Shown here: one piece after another, positions 44,366-63,754 of the stretch
How the letters are laid out: every line of letters begins with the position of its first letter
How positions within the stretch are numbered: position 1 is the first letter of the stretch
DNA from: the human T2T-CHM13v2.0 reference genome, Homo sapiens
NCBI RefSeq assembly: GCF_009914755.1
Contig: NC_060928.1
DNA: 64,000 bases
Reading direction: 5' to 3' (one strand)
Position numbers and translations under genes: made by a program
The notes under the pieces: model-generated
Database searches by the model: none
What the model saw: only the letters and a program-made list of their open reading frames with translations
Told to the model about the DNA's origin: nothing

Positions 44366-47300
44366 CTCCACCCACCCAGAGTAGGTGCGCCCAAGAACTA
44401 GTACATACTTGTTACCTCCACACTTTGGCATCTCTGTGAAGTCCACCTGGAAACCTTCAAAGGGGGCTGCTCCGTAAGCTCGTATGCCGGGCGGAACGGC
44501 TGGACCTTGCCTCCCATCATGCTGTCGGCAGGTAACACACCGCTGCCTCACCGTTTTGGCAAGGGCTGACAAAGGTGAGATGTAGAAATACCGGCCTAAC
44601 AACTTTTCCAGTGACTCCTGACCCCGATGGGTGGTTTCTTGCACAGCCAGTACAACTGCAGCTCCTAGCAGCTCTGGCGCAGCTACTCTCCCATCTGGTA
44701 ACCGAATCCATCCTTCCTCCATCAGTTGTCCTTCCCTCTACCTGGAGAAAGTCCTTTTCTTCTTTAGAAGAAGTAGGTCCAAGATCAGGTGCTTGAGGGA
44801 GCACTGATGCCCCGAAGGGGGCAGATGCTGCTTTTCGAGCCTCTGAGTCAGCGCGGGAATTCCCCAAGCCCACCAAGGTGGAAGCTTGCTGGTGTCCCCT
44901 GCAATGCATAACTGCCACCTTGCGGGGTTTCCATACTGCTTCTAATCATTGCAAAATTTCTTGTTGATATTTTCTGTCTTTTCTGCCAGAGTTCAATAGG
45001 CTCTGTTCTTTCTATCATGCTCCATGCACTTGAAGGGTTCAAAAGACATACCGAGAATCAGTGTAAATGTTGACAGTCTCACCCTCACTGAGTTCTAAGG
45101 CCCGAATGAAAGCAATGAGTTCAGCTTTCTGGGCTGACGTGGCCTGGGGCAATGATCTGTCTTCATCAACAGTGTCCAGGGTTATCACTGCATACCCTGC
45201 ACCTCTCTCTCCTTGGGGGTTGAAGAAGCTACTCCCATCCACGTATAGTTCCCAGTCTACTGATTCCTAAGGCTGGCCCCGGAGGTCAAGTCTGCTAGAG
45301 TCAACTGTGTCCAACACTTCTACACAACCAGGCTCGACAGGGCTCTCTGATACCGGGAGCAAGGTGGTGGGGTGTAGGCTGTTACAAACTTCAATGGTTA
45401 TACGGGGATTTTCACAGAGCCAAGCATGGTACTGGGTGAGTGTGGCATTCATTAGCCAATGATGTCCTTTAGTATTCATTAAAGTCACCACAGCACAGGA
45501 GGCCTTCATTTTCAGGTTTTGCCCAAGAGTCAGCTTATTTGCTTCTTGTACTCGCAGGGCGGTTGCTGCCAAGGCCCTCCAACAGGGGGACCATCCTTTA
45601 GTAACCCCGTTTAGTTGTTGAGAGAGGTAGACCACCGGCCTCGGCCAGGGCCCCACAGTTTGTGTTCAAAGTCCAGCAGCCATCTTTTCTCTCTCTGATG
45701 CACACAATGGAGAAGGCTTTGTCAGATCGGGTAGCCCCAGGGCTGGGGCTGCCAGAAGTTTTTCCTTTAACTCATGAAAGCCTTGCTGTTGTTGGGATCC
45801 GCATTCCAAAGGTTCCCAGTCCCCGCCCCCTTGGTGACCTCATACAAAGTCTTGGCTAATACTGCAAAGTTTGGGATCCACAGTTTACAAAACCCCACAG
45901 CTCCTAAGAATTCTCTCACCTGCCTTCTGCTCTTAGGCTCCGCTAGATTGCAAATGACCTGCTTTCATTCTGATCCCGGGCTGCGTTCCCACCCCTATCG
46001 GATAGCAAATCCCAAGTAATGTACATGTTGTCGGCAGATCTGAGCTTTCTTCTTGGACACTTGATACCCACACTCCTCCAGGTGCCGGTGTAGGGCATCT
46101 GTTCCCTTGGCACACCCGACTGCCGTGGGGTGTCCCAGCAGAAGGTCATCAACCTACTGGAGCAACACGCAGCCTAGGTCTCTGCTGGGAAACCTCTGGA
46201 GGTCTCGAGCCCACGCCTCCCCGAAGATGGTGGGGGAGTTCTTGAACCCTTGGGGAAAGTTGGTCCAAGTGTACTGAGTAGTGACACCTGACTCCGGATC
46301 TTCCCACTGAAAGGCAAACAGCTTCTGCCTCTCTGGGGCTAATCTGATAGGAAAGAAAGGGTCTTTCGGGTCCAAGCAGGTGAACCCGCTGTCCTCAGCT
46401 GGCAGCAACCCCAACAATGTGGACGGGTTAGGTACTGTTGGATGTAAAGTCAGTGTAGCTTGATGAAGCAAGCGCAAATCCTGTACCGGCAGGTAGTCCT
46501 TGGTCGGTGGCTTGGTAACAGGCAGGAGGGGAGTGTTGCATGGAGACTGACAAGGAACAATAATTCCAAAAGTTCTTAGGTGCTTGAGACGGACCTGGAT
46601 ACCTTGAAGGGCTTCTCTGGGGATCGGGTCCTGTTTTTGCCTCACCGGCTGGGCCCCAGTCTTAACCGGCCAATCCTGGAGGGTTGTCTTCTGCCCGTAC
46701 TCTTGGCCACCGCTTAGCCAGAGCTGGTCTTCTCTCTTGGCCCGGCTCAGTTAAGAAAAGTCTCCATTCCTCCTCTCGGGGGACCTTAAGCATCATAATG
46801 ACTCCCGTTCCGGGTAACTTGAGCAGCAAAGAGCCGTGCTCTGTCAAAGAGATAGTGGCTCTCAGCTTGCTGAGCAAGTCCCTTCCCAAAAAGGTCGAGG
46901 GACAGTCACGCATGTACCAAAACTGTTGAATGACTCTGTGTCTTCCTACAGTACAAGTCCGGGACAAGCAGAAAGCTTGCTTTCCTGAAACCCCCGTGAC
47001 TCCGATGATGTCAATAGTCTTTCTGCAAAAGGGGGTGACCGTGGCGGTTACTAGCGAATGTTCAGCACCGCTATCTACAAGAAAATCAATGTCTTTACCC
47101 CCGACTGTCATTCTGACCAGAGACTCTTTGGGGACAGTTGAGCCCGGTCTCCCTCAGTCCAATAACCCTTCTGCCAGGTTGAGCCGGGCCCCTTCCTTCT
47201 TTCTGGGGCCTCCTGCTCGGAGTCACCTTGTTTTCTTTTGAGCTCAGGGCATTTGTTCTTCCACTGTCCTATTTCTTTACAATGAGCACACTGGTTACGC

Positions 47301-48225
47301 TGCAAACTCTGACAGCCAAGCTGAGTTTCTTTCCCAGGACCCCCCTTCCCTTGCCTCTTTGGGGGGGCCCCTCTGATTGCTGCAGCTGACAAACAGGTCA
47401 TCGTGTCGCCGGGCCTGACTTCCATTCTCTTTGCTGTTTTCCTTAGGGCTTACTGCATCCCTGTTTACAAACACCTGGCTAGCTATTTCTAGTAATTAGC
47501 TAGCAGTAACAGCTAATTCTAGCCTGTTTCTGCAGTTTTCTTCTCATGTCTTCTGCGCTTTGACGGACTAAAGCCATGTGAATCATACGCTGATTTTCAG
47601 GGCTATCGGGATCAAAGGGAGTATACATACGATAGGCCTCACACAGTCTCTCGTAGAATTGTGCTGGACTTTCCTCTTTTCCCTGAATGACCTCAGAGAC
47701 CTTGTTAACGTTTGTGGCCTTCTGAGCTCCCCTCATTAATATTTCCAAGAGAGCTTCCTTGTCTCAGTTTAGCCTTTGAATCTCCTCTCTTTCATGTGGG
47801 TCCAAATGGGGTCGGTTCCTGACACCTGGGTCCTTCCATACTCTTGGGGGTTTTGATAATCAGCTGGTGCATGTTCTTCTAGCCACTTAGTTACTGCTTG
47901 GAGGACTCTCCGCCTTTCTTCGCTGTTAAAGAGGAACATGAGCAACTGGTGCCAATCAGCCAAGGTGGGGTTGTGGGTCTGGATAACAGCTTGGAGAAAA
48001 TCAATTAGGGCTTGTGGCTTTTCGGTATAGTTCTGTGTATTGTTTTTCCAGTTGAGAAGGTTGACGCAGGTGATGGGCTGGTAGCCAAAAGCACGCCTCT
48101 CCACCAAGTGACCATCCTTATCTATCCCAGTATACCGCTGCTCTCTCAGGGGCATTTGTGTCCCCGTTTTGGGTCGTAAACGAGCTGCGGAGGGAGGGTG
48201 GAATGGTGCAACGTGACTTACCACA
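44366..48225 (-). mobile_element. HERV-E internal gag-pro-pol fragment, copy 2 (~3.9 kb, defective)
   Basis: Colinear with copy 1 at an offset of ~5946 bp; the integrase ends earlier, at SGWVE. Confidence 0.93.
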
Positions 48226-48545
48226 ATTAATAATCTCAATTATTAATTGACACTAATTATCAATATTAATAACTGATAATATAATTTTTAAAATCAATAC
48301 CGATAATAAGGATAATTAATATTAGTTATACTAATGATAACAGTAAATGATTAATATTAATGATTAATGATGCCTGATATTAATAACTGATATTGATCTT
48401 ATTCATTAGAAATATTAGCTACAAATAATTAATATTAATATTAATAATCTGAAAATATTATATTAGCAATTATTTCTTAATATTAATATTAATACCTGTC
48501 ATTCATATTCATGATAATAATAAATGAGGAATAATTCATACTAAT
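48226..48545. repeat. AT-rich low-complexity block, copy 2
   Basis: Homologous to 42281-42610. Confidence 0.85.
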
Positions 48546-51500
48546 ATTACGCCTAATAACTCAGTGGGTGTACACCCACCTGTGTTATTGCTTCTAATGT
48601 CCAGGGAGGGAGAGAGCATGATATTACGTTCAATATCGCAGTAGGTGTACACCCAGCCGGTGATATTGATCAGAATATAATCTCCAGGGGGTGGAGTATG
48701 ACGTTACTCCCAATATAGCACTGGGTCTGCATCTACCCCGTGATATTGCTCCTAATATTCACGGAAGAAGCATCTGATATTACTCCCAATATCGCAGGAA
48801 GTGTACATCCCCATGTGAGATGGTCCTTCAAAATATTCCAAGGCGTAGGGGGTCATATGACTACATATGTGGCACAAAGTGGACACCCCCCAGGGATATT
48901 GTTCCCATGATCCTGGAGGGAAGAGGATAATATTACTTTCAATATCACAGAAGGTGGACACGCCCCGACTGATATTGTTTCTAATTGCAACGTGGGAGAG
49001 GAGGATATGACACGCGATATCCCAGGGAGTAGAAACACCCCTGTGATACAGTTCTTAATATTCAGGGAGGAAGAGGAAGATACTACATTCAATACAGACG
49101 GGTGTACACCCTCTGTACACCGAGGGTGTACACCCATCTGTGAAACAGTTCATAATCTCCAGAGCGGGAGATGATATTACTCACAATAAGGTAAATAGGC
49201 TGTGAGTCCACCGCGGATCCTAAAATCCAGGGGGGCAAGAGGGGCTGGCTCTTACTCCTTGCATCGCGGGGGGTACCTCACCCCCCTGCGATTTGCATCG
49301 TCATATCCAGGGGGCGAGAGGGGGGTGATATTTCTCCCCGATTTTTCCTAGAATCCTGTTTATACTGCCACCCTCGGTTGACACCCTGGGACACTATCTT
49401 CCATATTCTAGCAAGATGCAGCTGCTAAAGTCGCAGGGGGTATACACCCTTCAATATTATTCGTAATTTTGTAGGGGAATGTTCAACCTGATGTCACAGG
49501 ACTGTGTACACTGTGATATTATTCCCAATATTCTAGCTTTAGCTTCATAATAATGTCACTTTGTATGTCCATCTGGTGCTGGTATTCTTATTCTCCTAAG
49601 TGGAGGTTGCCTTTATTGTCACATGGGGTATGTTCCTTTTGATATTATTCATAATGTCCTAGATGGATGTCACCCCTTATGTCACAGGGGGTGTACATCT
49701 TGTCAAATTACTCGTATTATCCTCATAAAATGTCACTCCTCATATCACAGAGGGTGTACACTCTGTGATATTGTCGTCATATTCTAGGGAAATGTTACTG
49801 CTAATGTCACAGGGAGTGTAGACCCTGTCCTAAAATTCCTAATATCCTAGCGGGAGTTCACTGCTTATTTCACAATGCGTGTACACCCTTTGATATTATT
49901 CGTATTGTCCTGCATTGATGTCCCAATGCAGGTACATTCTCTGGTCGTATTCGTTATATCCTCGGGGTATGTTACTTCTAATGTCACACGAGGTGTATTC
50001 CCTGTGTTCTATTTGGTAATATCCTAGGGCAATTTTACTTTTAATGACACAGGGGGTGTACACATTGTGATGTTATTTGTGATATTCTAGAAAGATGTTA
50101 CTCCTAATATCACAGGGCTTTACACCCTGTGATAGTATTCATAATTTCCCAGTGGTCTATACTCCTATTGGCACAGACGATAACACCCTGTGACATTATT
50201 CGTAATATTCTAGCGAGATGATACTCCTCATGTCACAGGGGGTGTACACCCCGTGTTATTATTCTTACTATTCTAGGGGGACGTTACTCCTAATGTCACA
50301 GGGATGTACACCCTGTGATATTATTCATAGTGTACCAGAGGGATATTAGCGCTAATGTCACGATGCGTGTACACCTTGTGATATTATTTGTCATATCCTA
50401 ATGTCACAGGAGGTGTGTTCCGTGTGATATTCTTTCTAACATCCTAGACGGATGTTGCTCCTAACGTCACAGGGTGTGTACATCTTGTCACATCATTCAC
50501 AATATCCTAAAACTATGTTATTCCTCAGGTCACAGGGGGTGTTCACCCTGTGATATTTTTCATCATTGTTTTGTGGGATGTTACTCCTAAAGTCACACGG
50601 GGTGTACACAGAGTCACACAGTGATATGAGTTGTAATATTCTATAGACATATTACTCGTAAATCACAGGGGCTGTACCTCCTGTGATATTATTCATAATA
50701 TTCTAGGGAAATGTTGCTACTATTGTCATGGGGGTGTACACCCTGTGATATGACTCGTCATATCCCAGCGAGATGTTACTACTGATGTCCCAATGCCTGT
50801 ACACCCTGTGATATTATTTGTAATATCCCAAAGAGACGTTACTACTAAGGTCACAATGCATGTGCACCCTCTGATGTTATTCGTTATATCCTCGGGGGAT
50901 GTTACTCCTAATGTCACAAGGGGTGTACTCCCTGTCATATTATTCATAATATCCAAGGGGGATGTTATTTTTAATGTCACCTGGGGTGACATGATGCGTT
51001 AAGAATGCGTATTCAACCCCTGTGATACTATTCCTAATATCCTAGTGGCATGCTCTTCCGAATGTCACATGGGGTGTACACCATGTGTGTACACCTGCTC
51101 TGATATTATTCGTAATATCCTAGGGGAATGTTACTCCTGATGACACAGGTGGTGTACACCATGTGTGTACCCCTTCTGTGTTATTATTCATAATATCCTA
51201 GGGGGATGTTTCTCTTAATGTCACAAAGAGTGTACAAAATGTCACAGGAGGTGTACACGTTGTGACGTTATCTGTAATACCCTAGAAGGATGTTACTCGT
51301 AATATGTCACAGGGGTGTACATGCTTTGATGTTATTTATAATCTCATAGAGCGATATGACTTCAAATATCACAGTGGATGTTCACACATAGTGTATACCC
51401 TGTGACAGTATTCATAATATAGTAGGGAGACACAACTCCTGATATCACAGTGCGTGTACCCCGTGTGTGTACACCCTTGATATGAGTCGTGATATCCAGG

Positions 51501-51690
51501 GTAAATATGACTCCTCATATCACACAGTGTGCACACCCTGTGATATTTTTCATCCTACTTTAGGGAGATATTGCTTCTAATACCACAGTGGGTGTACCCC
51601 ATGTGTGTGTACTCTGTGACAGTTTATTCTATATCCTAGGGAGGTATTCTCGTAATGTCACAGTGGGTGTTCACCCTGTGATATCATTCT
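48546..51690. repeat. SATR-type satellite: long units to ~49330, then ~63-bp units
   Basis: gatgttactcctaatgtcacagggggtgtacaccctgtgatattattcgtaatatcctag repeats. Confidence 0.9.
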
Positions 51691-51758
51691 TGTTTGACCT
51701 TGCTGCCTTTTTTAACCCACACTACAAAAGGAATGGAACAGATAAGAAGGTCTTGAGA

Positions 51759-52710
51759 TTAGACCGTGCTGCCGTGCGGCCGCCGCAGGACACTTTTAAT
51801 ATCCCTGTTTCTCAGGCTGTAGATGGAGGGGTTCAGCATGGGGGTGACCATCTTGTACATCAGTGAGGCCACTGCAGCCTTTCTCAGGGAAGATGACACA
51901 TCTGAACTGAGGTACCCTCCAATGCCTGTTCCATAAAATCAGCAAAAAACTGACAGGTGAGACCCACAGGTGGAGAAGGTTTATACTTCCCACCTGATGA
52001 TGAAACCCTCAGAATGGAGGAAACAATTTTAGAGTAAGAGAAAAGGGTCCCCGAGAAGGGAAGGAAACCAAATACGGCAGCAGGGAAATACATGATGATG
52101 TTATTGGTGAAGGTGTCACAACATGCAAGATGGGGGAGTTGAGAAGGATCACAGAAGAAATTAGGAATTTCCACATCCTTGAAGCAGGTCATTTGTAAGG
52201 CAATCATGTTGTGCAGCTGGGCGTCTAAAAGACCGAGAAAAAAAAAAAGACAACAAAAGTAAGAAGCCACAGAAACACGGGTTCATGATGGCTGAATGAT
52301 ATAGAGGGTGACAGATGGCTACAAACCGGACATAGGCCATCACATTCAGGAGCATGTGTCTCTTCCATGCCTCCAAAAATGGCAAAGAGAGACATCTGAG
52401 TCAGGCAGCCTGCATAGGAGATGACTCTGCTGTGAGATTGGATGTCCACAACCATCTTGGGGACCGTGGGGGAGGGGAAACCGATGTCAGGCAAGGACAG
52501 GTTGGAGAGGAAGAAGTACATGGAAGTGTGGAGGTGGGAGTCAGGGCTGACGGCCAGGATGATGAGCAGGTTCCCCAGCACCGTGACCAGGCACATGGAC
52601 AGGAACAGCCCAGCAAGGACCGGCTGCAGTTCTGGATCCTCTGAGAGTTTGAGGAGGAGGAATCGAGAGACATCCGTTACATTCTGTGGGTCTGTAGAGT
52701 TTGGACACCT
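51759..52710 (-). pseudogene. Olfactory receptor family 7 subfamily E pseudogene, copy 2
   Basis: [76 protein letters not shown]; several frameshifts. Confidence 0.95.
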
Positions 52711-53386
52711 TTTGCCTAGAAAAGAGGGTTGAAAAATCGGAAACAAGTAAACCAACACCCAGCATTGTGTCTGCATTTTGGATAGAAGCAATTCACAAGT
52801 CATGTTTTCAGATTTCAGAGCAATCCACTCAGCAATATTTTGCAGTTCTGACAAACTCAATTGTCTTCTCATGCTTTCTTCATTGATTTATGTGCTATTC
52901 ACTTGCTGTACACACCTGCCTTAGAGACACTAGATTCAAGAATGTTCCAAGAACCAGATCATCATATCTAACAAATTCGTAATTGCTAGAAAATACAGCC
53001 TATCTTTTCCGAAGAAAAATATGTAATGAAACCATTCTCTTCACTTTAAGAAAATGGTTATCCTAATTAAAGGAAATTAAGAACTCAAATATTTTATTTG
53101 ATTTGAAAAGATTGATACAAATTCCCTTGATGTAGAACATTTGTAAACACTGTATAACAGCTGAGACCATGCCATCTGGAAATGAAATGAAAGTTGATAG
53201 TTCCTCAGCAGAAAATAGTTCCACATGCCAGTTAGGTCCTAGTGATTTCGTCATTACGTTTTCTGACTTTTCTCTTTCAAGAGAGTAATTGCTTCCTCCA
53301 ATCTGTGGGTCTTGTTTTAAAATTCATGGAAGCTATAACTCCTGTCCTTAGCTTAGGTGGACTTGGAGTTCTCATCAGAAAGTTTG

Positions 53387-53685
53387 GCCGGACGCCGTGG
53401 CTCACGCCTGTGATCCCAGCACTTTGGGAGGCGGAAGAGGGCAGATCACGTGGTCAGGAGATCAAGCCCATCCTGGCCAACATGGTGAAACCCTGCCTCT
53501 ATTAAAAATACCAAAACGTCACCCGGTATGGTGGCATGCGCCTGTAGTCCCAGCTACTCAGGAGGCTGAGGCAAGAGAATGGCTTGAACCTGGGAGGCAG
53601 AGGCTACAGTGAGCCGACATCACACCACTGCACTCCAGCCTGGGCAACAAGAGCAAAACTCTGTCTCAAAAAACAAACAACAAAA
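53387..53685 (+). mobile_element. AluS
   Basis: Alu consensus. Confidence 0.9.
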
Positions 53686-54114
53686 AGAATCAAGTAAGTC
53701 GAAGTCACACGGATGACAGCCAATTTTTGTGAACCAAGGAAGCGTCAATTCAATAATTCACATCGATTGTTACTTTTGCTATCTCCTATGTGCCAAGCAA
53801 GATATCGGCTCTGGGGAATCAGAAACAAAAGAGACTCACTTGTTCCTCACAATACTCAGTACTTACTGAGATAAGGACAAAATAAAATGTCCTGTCTGGA
53901 ATGCAGGGAAACCAGAACTTTGGCTCAGGGGATATTTCTGTTGAATTGTGTGGAGTTGAAGCTTAAAATATTAACGAATGTATCTAAAATTCACTTTGCC
54001 TTGACTTTGTGCATCCATCACATAGAGATCACGCAGCGGGCACCCACAATCTGTTTAATCATCGCTCGCTTCCATTGGATCATCTAGAAATCAACTCAGA
54101 TGAGAGTGCTGAGT

Positions 54115-59886
<5,772 letters not shown>

Positions 59887-61294
59887 CGTTTTTAGCAGGT
59901 GACTTGATTTGATTTACATTTTTCAGACATGTAGCTTCACTATCATGGTTATGGTGGTCCGTGTGTTACTAACATTGCTGAAACCACCATGCCAGAATTA
60001 CCCTCCCATTTGTGGGTTAAAACACTGTGCCCATCTCTCCCTCCCCAGAGTCCTCTTGGTGGCTACTCTTAGGAGGAACTAACATCGCCTACATTCCCCC
60101 ATCACACCCAGCACAAGTGCCCTCCCAGCCAGCTTCCCCAGCCTCCCCCACCCAACTCAGTCCCACTCACACCCAGCATGCCAGGGACTCTCCCATCAGG
60201 GGAACACCCTGTAACCCCCAAGTTCCTCCAAAGCCTCTTGAGAGGGACCAGAGTGCCCTGCAGGGAGTGGGTCCTGGTGGGTCCGGTGGAGGGAACGTCC
60301 TTGCTGGAACTGGCTGGGTCTTAGCCGGGAAGTGGTGACAGGTATCTCTCACATACGCTACGGGAACCCAGCGCAGCCAATGGAGTCCAATCAGCACACC
60401 TTGCGCCCACCCATTCGTTTGGTACCTTGAGGCCACTGCCCACCCTCCAGGTACCCCGGTCTCAAGCTTGCCCTGAAGTTCAGGGAAAGGCGCTGGCGCC
60501 CCCTGCTGGTTGCGCTCTCCCATAGCAGGGCTCACATTTTTGGAGAAAGAAACCAGCTGTTAGCAGCTTTCACTCTTCACCATGTTAAGCAAAGTGCAGC
60601 ATTTTATAACTGGATGAAAAGCCAGATATTCTGTCAGCTGACTAGATTGTTCTGTACGCATATCCCTGAGCTATTGTTTGAAGGATATTTTTACTGAGTT
60701 GACTTTCTTCATAAGATGATATGACTAATGAAAAGAAAAGGCAATGGAGTTTTTAAAACCGGCATGAGGAACCAAATGCTGCCACTGACTAGCTATGTAC
60801 ATGTGATCCAAAGGTTCCCTCTGTTCAAACAAAATAACAGTGCTTACCTAACCAGGTCATCTGTGAGCTGGGACTTCACAGGCAGGCGTGGAGGGAGATG
60901 GATGCGAGAAGGGCTTCGTTAGCTGAGAGGGTCGTGCAACTGGAAGGTAATAGCAAGCATTTTCCAGTTGGAACTTTTGGCCGACATTTGTGGTGGGGAG
61001 ACAAACAGGTCTAATTTGCCTCCCGCGCATGGGCAGGTAGGAAGATGCTGGTGGGTTTGGTTCGACAGTCTTGTGGAAGGGGTGCTTTTTTAATGCACAC
61101 TCAGGCACCATGGGAGCCTGTTGTCACCCTGGATATCTGGCTCCGTGCCCGTGCCCTTCCACCCTGCCTCGACAAGAGTCATGGCACCCAAAATAAATGA
61201 GTTCAAATCTGAGTTTCACAGGCTCAGGGAAGAACCCAAGCTACCAAATGCACAGGCCCCTCCTGTATACGGTTACAGCAGGTAAGGGAATAAC

Positions 61295-61657
61295 TTACTC
61301 AGTGCAAGCTGCTACAATAAAACAGCACAAGCTGAGTGGCTAATCAACAACAGGCATTTATTTCTCACAGGTCTGGAGGCTGGAAGCCCAAGATCAGGGT
61401 GCCAGTGCTGGCATGGTCGGGTTCTGGTGAGGGCCCTCTTCCGGGTCACAGACAGCTGTCTTCTCATTGCATCCTCATATGACAGAAAAGAAGTGCACAA
61501 GCTCTCTGGCCCCCTCTTACAGGTGCTAATCCCATTCACAAGGGTCCTACCATCATGACCTCATTACCTCCCAAAGACCCCACCTCCAAATACCACCACA
61601 TTGCCATTAAGCTTCAATATATGAATTTAAGGGGGAAACAAACATCCAGTCCATTGC
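61295..61657 (-). mobile_element. MaLR LTR (MLT1A/MSTD-like)
   Basis: atttatttctcacaggtctggaggctggaagcccaagatcagggtgccag...gacctcattacctcccaaag. Confidence 0.8.
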
Positions 61658-61969
61658 AGGTTGTCCTGATAATATGTGTGCCCGGGGCATTGTCCCCACA
61701 GCAAATAGCGACATTGGAAGGCAAACCAATGTCAGGTTTCCTAATGTGCACAGAGGCGTCCGTGGAAGAGTGAGTCCGGTGATCTTACCAGCTAATTGCA
61801 TTGAGCTACCCCACCTTGGGGATTTACCTGCCAAGGAGAACAGAACACCACTGGCTTTGACACCCATCTCTCAACAATGATGGATGAATGCTGGAAATTT
61901 ACCTGCTTGGGTAGCTGTGTCTAAGTTCATCTTCCTTGTATGGACTTTCTTTTTTTCTTGCTCTCAAAT

Positions 61970-62760
61970 ACTTGTATTATGAAATATCTCATTTAAAGTT
62001 TCTTTAAAATACATTAAAAGTATATTTAAAGAGTACGTTTTAAGAGTGCAGAGAAAACATAATGAATACCTCTTTGCTTAAGAAAAAGTATTTCAGACAC
62101 AGCATGAAATCAGTTGCTGGTTCCAAGCCCCTCCCCTTCTCACTACGCTGAACTTGGCGTGCATTCTTTCTTCAGGTGTGTTTGTAATCTTACTGCATAT
62201 GGACATATCCCCCAGCAATATCAGGGATTGTTTTGCTTGTTCCTAGACATCATATTAATGGTATCATACCAATTATATGCCTGCGCTACTTAATGTTTCA
62301 TTCAACATTGTTTTGGGGGACTATCCATGTTGATACCTGAATTCTCTTGTGTTCATTTTTTCCTTTTGTGAAATAGTCCATCATGGAAATAGTCCCTGGT
62401 GTGCCTATCTGCACTCCTAATTGACAGGCATTTAGGCTGTTTTCCATTTTCCTAATTACAAGTGATGCTGAGTGCACATTCCTGAACACAGGTGTGAGGC
62501 TGTCTCTGGAGCACATGCCAAGGAACAGAATTCTTAGCTCATAAGGAATGTGTACCTCCAGCCTTAGTCAATATTGCCAATTGCTGTCCAATCTGATTTT
62601 ATTCATTTACGCTCCCACTAGCAGTATATATGGGTCTTTCTTTCACTTCTTGCCAACTCTTGCCAGTCTAATGAATGGGAAGTAGTAACTCATTATTATT
62701 TCAATTTGTATTCCGTGTATTAATCCCTGAGACCTTAACACTTGTGTATTGCACATTCTG
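61970..62760 (-). mobile_element. Old L1ME-like 3' fragment
   Basis: Degenerate antisense L1 motifs (ttcattcaacattg, tattgccaaattgct, ctcccactagcagtat). Confidence 0.55.
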
Positions 62761-63754
62761 GTTCCTCTTTGGCAAATTGCCTTGGCATTAAGATAGTAAA
62801 TTTTCCTTGCCACCTAGGCTGGTTGAATCAGGATGCTTAATTACTTAGAGGTAAAAAGCACCTGGCTGAAATAGCCATCCCTGAGGCTGCCTGTTGAGGA
62901 TAAGAGATGCTTCATCCATCTTTAGATCCTTTCTTGGAAACGCTGAGCGCAGCCAGCCATGCAGGCTTTTCCAAGCTCTGATGCTGCCATGTGTCCACAA
63001 TAGCATCCCCACAACCTGGATCCATCATTCCCAGCATAATGATGGCTCCTTTTCTTCTCCTTGGCAGAGCCCAAAACCCAAAGCTGAGGCCTCAGGGCTG
63101 TTCTAATGTGCTTAGAATGGGGGTAAAGGTAATGCCAACCAAAATGAGGAAACCGGTATTCCCACTCAGTCACTGCTGAGTCAGCGTAAATCACTCCAGA
63201 GGACAGTTTGTCACTGACCTCAAAGACTCAATTACAAAGATGATCACCATAGCATTGTTTACAGTAGCACCAAAAAAAAGGAACCACCTAAATATCTCTA
63301 AATGTCCAACATCACGGTTTGAAAAAATAAGGAATGGTACATCCTTCCATGGAGTGTACTTTAAAGCCACCCAAAATCATACTGCACATGGATATACAAT
63401 GTCAAGGAAACTTGCTCAGGAGTCCTAGCTTGTGGTCCATGGACTCCCAAGGAGATGCTTCTCAAAGGGAATTGGCATCCCCTGAGATACTCATGAAAGT
63501 GCAGACTTCCGGGCCCCCCTCCAGACTGAATCTGAACTTCCATATTGGAGGGCAGGAATCCTACCAAGTTCCCCAGATGAGTCTCAGGCACACTAAAGCC
63601 AGAGCGTCGATGCCTGGGACCCAAAACAGGGAAGAAGCACTCTGGTGTATCAAGAGGAAAAAAGCAAGTTACATACAAACGCAGTATATATAAAAACCAC
63701 CCCCTTCATGTGGGTGTGGGTGTATGCATACTTTTGAAAAAAAAAAAAATTATC

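Noticed and set aside
38123-48239. HERV-E ORFs as functional or domesticated genes
   Set aside because: Fragmented by frameshifts; the RT YVDD motif has a stop, the knuckle His is lost, the integrase is truncated, and there is no LTR promoter.
35753-51690. Palindromic repeat plus spacer periodicity resembling a CRISPR array next to RT/integrase ORFs
   Set aside because: The spacers are homologous to each other, the repeats are degenerate, there are no cas genes, and the context is primate. It is tandem satellite with a defective ERV.
33896-52872. OR ORFs (165, 215 and 128 aa) as intact receptors
   Set aside because: Each 7TM sequence is split across frames with stops and lacks the native start.
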